The position numbers were made by a program, and so were the translations under genes. A stretch of 50,120 nt of DNA from Craspedostauros australis (Eukaryota). Under the pieces are notes generated by a model. That model was not told the DNA's origin. It was given only the letters and a program-made list of their open reading frames with translations, and made no database searches. Each line of letters starts with the position of its first letter. Position 1 is the stretch's first letter. Of the stretch, positions 45,888 through 50,120 are shown piece after piece. The stretch is from positions 1 to 50,120 of the forward strand of contig JALAGF010004159.1 of NCBI GenBank assembly GCA_030167865.1. The letters are read 5' to 3'.

Positions 45888-48800
45888 CTAATGGAATTGG
45901 CGACGACGGTAGAATAGGACGTACGCCTTCGAACTGACCAAGTCTCTTTGCGGATTGTGGACTGGCGACACGCTTGAATCATTGAAAAGGCGCCATTCAT
46001 CGGAGATGCCGACTTCGTCCCATTTTCGAGCATACGCAGTGTAGTGCCCACCGCCCATGGCACCCATGTGGTTCACCACTGCAAAGAGGTCGTAGTCCGA
46101 TGGCACGGAGGGATCAACGAAGGAATCCTCCGGTCCTTCCCATTGGGCACAGTGCGGACCCATGTCGAGTCCGTCGAGGGGGAAGTCGACGAGGGTGTTG
46201 AGCTTGTCACGTCGGAAGGTGTTCTTGAACTCGAACCGCTTCAGGTGGACAACCATGATGTTTGGAAGTCTCCACAGCTTCATGGTCTTCTGAGCTCGCA
46301 CGTGATCCTTGCACTGCGAGCAGTACCATTTGTTGTTGCTGTCTAGCACTTCAGGATTGGTGAAGGCATCGAAGCAGTCGCTCAGGGTCAGATCGCGATG
46401 CTTTCTGGCATTCTGTTCCTGCGCTTTGACTTTGGCAAGGCTTGGATGCTCATTGTGTCGAAAGAAGTTCTTGAGAGACACAGTGGGTTGCAGTGCGAGG
46501 TCGAACTCGTCATCGCCCTCTGGATCACGCAATGGTGTACCCCATTCCAGCACCAAGAAGAGGAACGTGTTGGTGCATCCTGGCCCCAAGACTTTCTTGA
46601 TCGCCTCCTGCGAAAATCTCTGAAGGATGGACGCATCGTCGCTGGGACTGTCTTCATGGTCGTTGTCGTTCTCAGGGTTGTCCTCGCCGCTGGCGTTGTC
46701 GCGGCCTGTGAGGTCAACGGGTTCCTCATTTTCGGTGACCACTCGAATCTTGAGGAAGTCTTCCGGGTTGACGACCGCGCCGCCGTCAGGTTCATCGCCG
46801 AACGGAGCCGCAGCGTCAATGAGATGATGGACCGAATTCCACACATCGTCCCAGAGCTCGTTGCAGGTGCTCTCGGCGTCGAAGGAGAGCATCAGCGGGA
46901 AGCCATGGATGGCCGATTTGGCCCGCGACTTCTTGTTCGGCTTGGTGTGAATCAGGTGGCGAACGATGGCATGGACCCACTTGTTCGTGTAGGGTGCGAC
47001 CTCGTAACCGATGACCGGAACATGTGGCACGACATGGCCCAGCGGAATTCGCTCGTTGAGGGTGGCGCGGATCTGCGACTCCTGCACGGTGCAGATAATG
47101 AGCTTGGAAGGATCGATGCCGGACATGTCGCAGATGCTGCAGCGCAGATCTGCTATGGTGGACTTCTTGGAGAGCCTGAGCCCGTATCTGGTCGGCTTCT
47201 TGTCCTTGGTCGGGGTGTCCTTCGTGGTCTCGCGGAAGACATCGACGGAGAAGGAGACCATCTCGTTCTTCTGCGGTATCTCTAGCGAGATGTGGTTGAA
47301 GTTATCGAAGGAGACCGATACTTTGGAGCATCGCGGACAGACGCACGTGGACTTGAACTGTCCGTAGAGGGTGTCCATGACGAGGCTGTCGTTGCGACGG
47401 CGGTGTGCATCCCAGGCCTCCGCGCCCGCGATGGCCATGTTGTGACCGTCGGTGACATCGGGCATGGTGACGTAGGGCGCGCGGCGAATGCGGTTGAGAT
47501 CTTCGTGGAGGCCGTCGAGGAGGAAGGCGAGGAACTCCTGCGCGTCGTGCTGCTGGTAGCCCGCGAATCGTGGCGCGAAGCTGGAAATGGCGATCTTGAA
47601 CTTGGTGGGAGACATCGAGGAAGCGCTGTGGCCTTGCAGCCAGAGCGCTCTGATCGTGGCGTGGTAGGCGATGGCGAGCTTGCCGCCGGTGCCGATCGGA
47701 TTGTCCTCGTTGATGTCGTCCTTGAACTGTTCGGTGAGGAAGTATCTGGTGAGGGGCATTGCGTGGCTGAGCGCTTGGAGTGCCGAGTTCATGAAGCACG
47801 TGTTGCCCAGGTTCGAGAGGCCGACGCAGCCAGCCCGTGCCCAGGGAATCGATTCGACCTTGTTGGCCTTGCACTGGACCTTGTGAATGCGCCAATGCAG
47901 GCGCTGGCAGGATCTGCTGCAGTAGTGCGCGATGCCGCAATGGGAGCACCACTTTGGCGCGCCCGGCGCGTAGCATGTTCTGCACCGCTTATCCGTCAAT
48001 ACAATCTCGCCAGCCGGCGGCGCCCAGTGGGGATACAGGGCTATGTTGCCATGTTGCGTGGATCGACGGCAAATGGGCTTCGTCTCTTCCCCGTACCAAT
48101 CTCGCAAGACTGAGTATACCTCACGCGAGACGACCTCGTAGTGATGCCCGCGAACAAGGTTTGGTCTGATCGGGCTGTGCTTCGGATGGTGATGCAGCTG
48201 CTGGTGATGATCCGTGGTGTACCACTGTGCCATGACGTTGTCCTGGCTGGAAGCAAAGAGGTGTGAGTTGTCAATCGGACCAGGCGAGTAGGAGCGATCC
48301 GCACGCATGCGAACATCGCTGTCGCTGTCGGTGTCCGAATCAGTGCCGCTGCTATCGGTGCCGTCGCTGCTGGCATGGTGGATGCCGTGGGTTGCAGAGG
48401 GCAGAATGGCCCCAGCAGGAAGGAGGTTCAGGATCTGCTGCACTCGCGCCTGCCCGTGGTCCTCCCCTCCCTGAATCCCGGACACATCGTAGAAGAAATC
48501 GACATGGCGGCACCACGCCTTCCACCATTGCCAATCGATGAGATAGAAGGCTTCGCCTGGCTTGGTTTCGTGGGGAGCAGTTCCAACACGTCTCGACAGC
48601 ATCAATCTCTGCACAATCTGCTTTTGCTTGAATGGATCTGGCACAGGGCGCACTTGGGCAGTTGCGTCGACACCGTCGTTGCGGACATTGATGGGCCCGT
48701 TGACAACTCGAGGGACGGACGAGAAGGAGCCGTTCATCTGTTCTTGATCTTGTCCATGGTGGCCATTGGTATTTCCATTGGTATTTCCATTGGTATAGCC

Positions 48801-49043
48801 GTTGGTGTAGCTGTTGGTGTAGCTGTTGGTGTAGCCGTTGGTGTGGCCATTCGTGTGGCCGTGGGTGTGGCCGTGGGTTGGACCCTGGGGCTGTGTCTGA
48901 GCATGGTTGGGGTGGTGGCCGTTTGCTAGCTTGGCATCGGCCCTGTGCCCACGAGGTTGCGATGCCTGGCTGACCCTGCCATCAGGCGCGGTCGCTGGGC
49001 TTCCGTTCTCAACCAGCATGTCCTTTGGCTGCGGTCCGATCAT
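45888..49043 (-). CDS. Ubiquitin-specific protease (C19) with DUSP-like and MYND zinc-finger domains
   Basis: Cys box GLSNLGNTCFMNSALQ, QQHDAQEFL, His box VNHMGAMGGGHYTAY, FNDS, AYVLFY. DUSP motifs FYLIDWQWWKAW..PGPIDN..LRDWYG. MYND CRTC..CSHC..YCSRSCQRLHWRIHKVQC. First ATG 49043. Confidence 0.94.
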   Translation of the reverse strand: MIGPQPKDMLVENGSPATAPDGRVSQASQPRGHRADAKLANGHHPNHAQTQPQGPTHGHTHGHTNGHTNGYTNSYTNSYTNGYTNGNTNGNTNGHHGQDQEQMNGSFSSVPRVVNGPINVRNDGVDATAQVRPVPDPFKQKQIVQRLMLSRRVGTAPHETKPGEAFYLIDWQWWKAWCRHVDFFYDVSGIQGGEDHGQARVQQILNLLPAGAILPSATHGIHHASSDGTDSSGTDSDTDSDSDVRMRADRSYSPGPIDNSHLFASSQDNVMAQWYTTDHHQQLHHHPKHSPIRPNLVRGHHYEVVSREVYSVLRDWYGEETKPICRRSTQHGNIALYPHWAPPAGEIVLTDKRCRTCYAPGAPKWCSHCGIAHYCSRSCQRLHWRIHKVQCKANKVESIPWARAGCVGLSNLGNTCFMNSALQALSHAMPLTRYFLTEQFKDDINEDNPIGTGGKLAIAYHATIRALWLQGHSASSMSPTKFKIAISSFAPRFAGYQQHDAQEFLAFLLDGLHEDLNRIRRAPYVTMPDVTDGHNMAIAGAEAWDAHRRRNDSLVMDTLYGQFKSTCVCPRCSKVSVSFDNFNHISLEIPQKNEMVSFSVDVFRETTKDTPTKDKKPTRYGLRLSKKSTIADLRCSICDMSGIDPSKLIICTVQESQIRATLNERIPLGHVVPHVPVIGYEVAPYTNKWVHAIVRHLIHTKPNKKSRAKSAIHGFPLMLSFDAESTCNELWDDVWNSVHHLIDAAAPFGDEPDGGAVVNPEDFLKIRVVTENEEPVDLTGRDNASGEDNPENDNDHEDSPSDDASILQRFSQEAIKKVLGPGCTNTFLFLVLEWGTPLRDPEGDDEFDLALQPTVSLKNFFRHNEHPSLAKVKAQEQNARKHRDLTLSDCFDAFTNPEVLDSNNKWYCSQCKDHVRAQKTMKLWRLPNIMVVHLKRFEFKNTFRRDKLNTLVDFPLDGLDMGPHCAQWEGPEDSFVDPSVPSDYDLFAVVNHMGAMGGGHYTAYARKWDEVGISDEWRLFNDSSVSPVHNPQRDLVSSKAYVLFYRRRQFH

Positions 49044-49175
49044 CGTCGCCGGGTGCTTCCGCTTTCCCAGCAACCTTCGCTGGTTTGTTGGGTGCTTGTC
49101 AATGGTGCTGTCGCTTGTCTGCAACAGGTGTGGAATGGTGGATCAATTGTGCGGGCTGCCAGTCTCTGGTGGTTG

Positions 49176-49226
49176 ATGGAGGGAGTTAGTAGTAATGGAG
49201 GGAGTTAGTAGTAATGGAGGGAGTTG
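49176..49226. repeat. 20-bp tandem repeat ATGGAGGGAGTTAGTAGTA
   Basis: About 2.5 copies (unit about 19-20 bp) just upstream of the USP gene. Confidence 0.85.
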
Positions 49227-49801
49227 TGGATACTAATACACGTATAATAGTGGTAGTGGTAGTAGTGGTAGTAGTAGTAGTAGTCGAGTGATGGGCAGAG
49301 ACCACGACAGATGAAGAAGTGTCACGCGCGGTGAAACACAGAAACAACTTTTTGTGGGAATTTCGTCACCCAGAGAAGAAGACCAAAGAAGAACGCGCCG
49401 AAATGACCTTCGTGATGGCGCTGCGAGTGTTTGCAGAATACGAACAATGATACTTGTCAATGCAGGTGGAACAGATCGTGCTCTGCTTGCACAAACGACA
49501 TCATCGACATCATCCACGCTGTAACAATAACGCGAGGATGCCACTCCCAACATCCTCTGTTTGCAACGCAACGAGGAACCTCGCAGGATTTCTTGCACTC
49601 TCCGTGTTCTCTACACTCTTCTACAATAGTTGACACGGTGGAACACTCCCGTAGAACGCAGCGTGGACGATCAAACATTTCATCGTGGCGATGTCCACAT
49701 GCGGGATGAATAGGGAGATATCGCATGTAATTTGATGAGTCCCAGGGTCCAAAATAACCTGATAGAGACATTTATTTTGGGGGGTGGATGAGAATTTCGC
49801 T

Positions 49802-49862
49802 TCTTCAAATTACATGCCATGTCAAACGAAACTTTCGTTTGACATGCCATGTAATTTGAAGA
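49802..49862. repeat. 61-bp near-perfect palindrome
   Basis: TCTTCAAATTACATGCCATGTCAAACGAAA-C-TTTCGTTTGACATGCCATGTAATTTGAAGA: 30-bp arms with a single mismatch (49817/49847). Confidence 0.93.
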
Positions 49863-50120
49863 GTCCCGCCAAATACGAACTCCACGCGGAAGTAAACTGA
49901 ATTGACAATTTTTTATCCAATCATAAGCGTGCATGTTTCTTCGGTTCGCATCTTCATTGTTCTTGAATTGCCTTGTTTCTTTCCTAGACTATCGTTGATG
50001 TGAACGGTTCGAGTCAGCCATGTTGCAGCATGCACGAAGCTGATCCTTGCCTTTTCGCAGGCTTTGTCCTCAGGCAACCAATTCCACACATGTCGAGACA
50101 TGTTTTGGAGAAGTCGTAGT

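Noticed and set aside
44364..48113. Long ORFs 44364-45473(-), 46398-47285(+), 47292-48113(+)
   Set aside because: Antisense shadows of RPAC1 and the USP gene.

Overview
Eukaryotic nuclear DNA, very likely from a diatom. The evidence is a nucleus-encoded petC with a signal peptide plus 'ANA|FAP' plastid-targeting motif, GT-AG introns, and what appear to be diatom-type protein families. The window holds about 15 well-supported genes: SMAP-like ArfGAP, a putative 2OG-Fe(II) oxygenase, a modular Cys-rich surface protein, DCAF7/WDR68, two paralogous unknown 2-TM proteins flanking a membrane-anchored C2H2 protein, a single-module ZPR1-like fusion, eIF2B-gamma, petC, two paralogous putative transcription regulators with an unnamed CCHC-type domain, cytochrome c, WDR76, RPAC1 and a DUSP-MYND-USP deubiquitinase. 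Seven genes were rebuilt across introns by checking splice phase by hand. Non-genic structure includes minisatellites, a palindromic-repeat cluster with an inverted repeat near 0.8-1.3 kb, a 61-bp near-perfect palindrome at 49.8 kb, and a probable decayed reading frame at 38.6-40.2 kb. I found no CRISPR array, rRNA, tRNA or intact transposase. No single multi-gene novel system is demonstrable. The best leads are uncharacterised protein families and unusual domain architectures. All family assignments come from motif recognition, not database searches.
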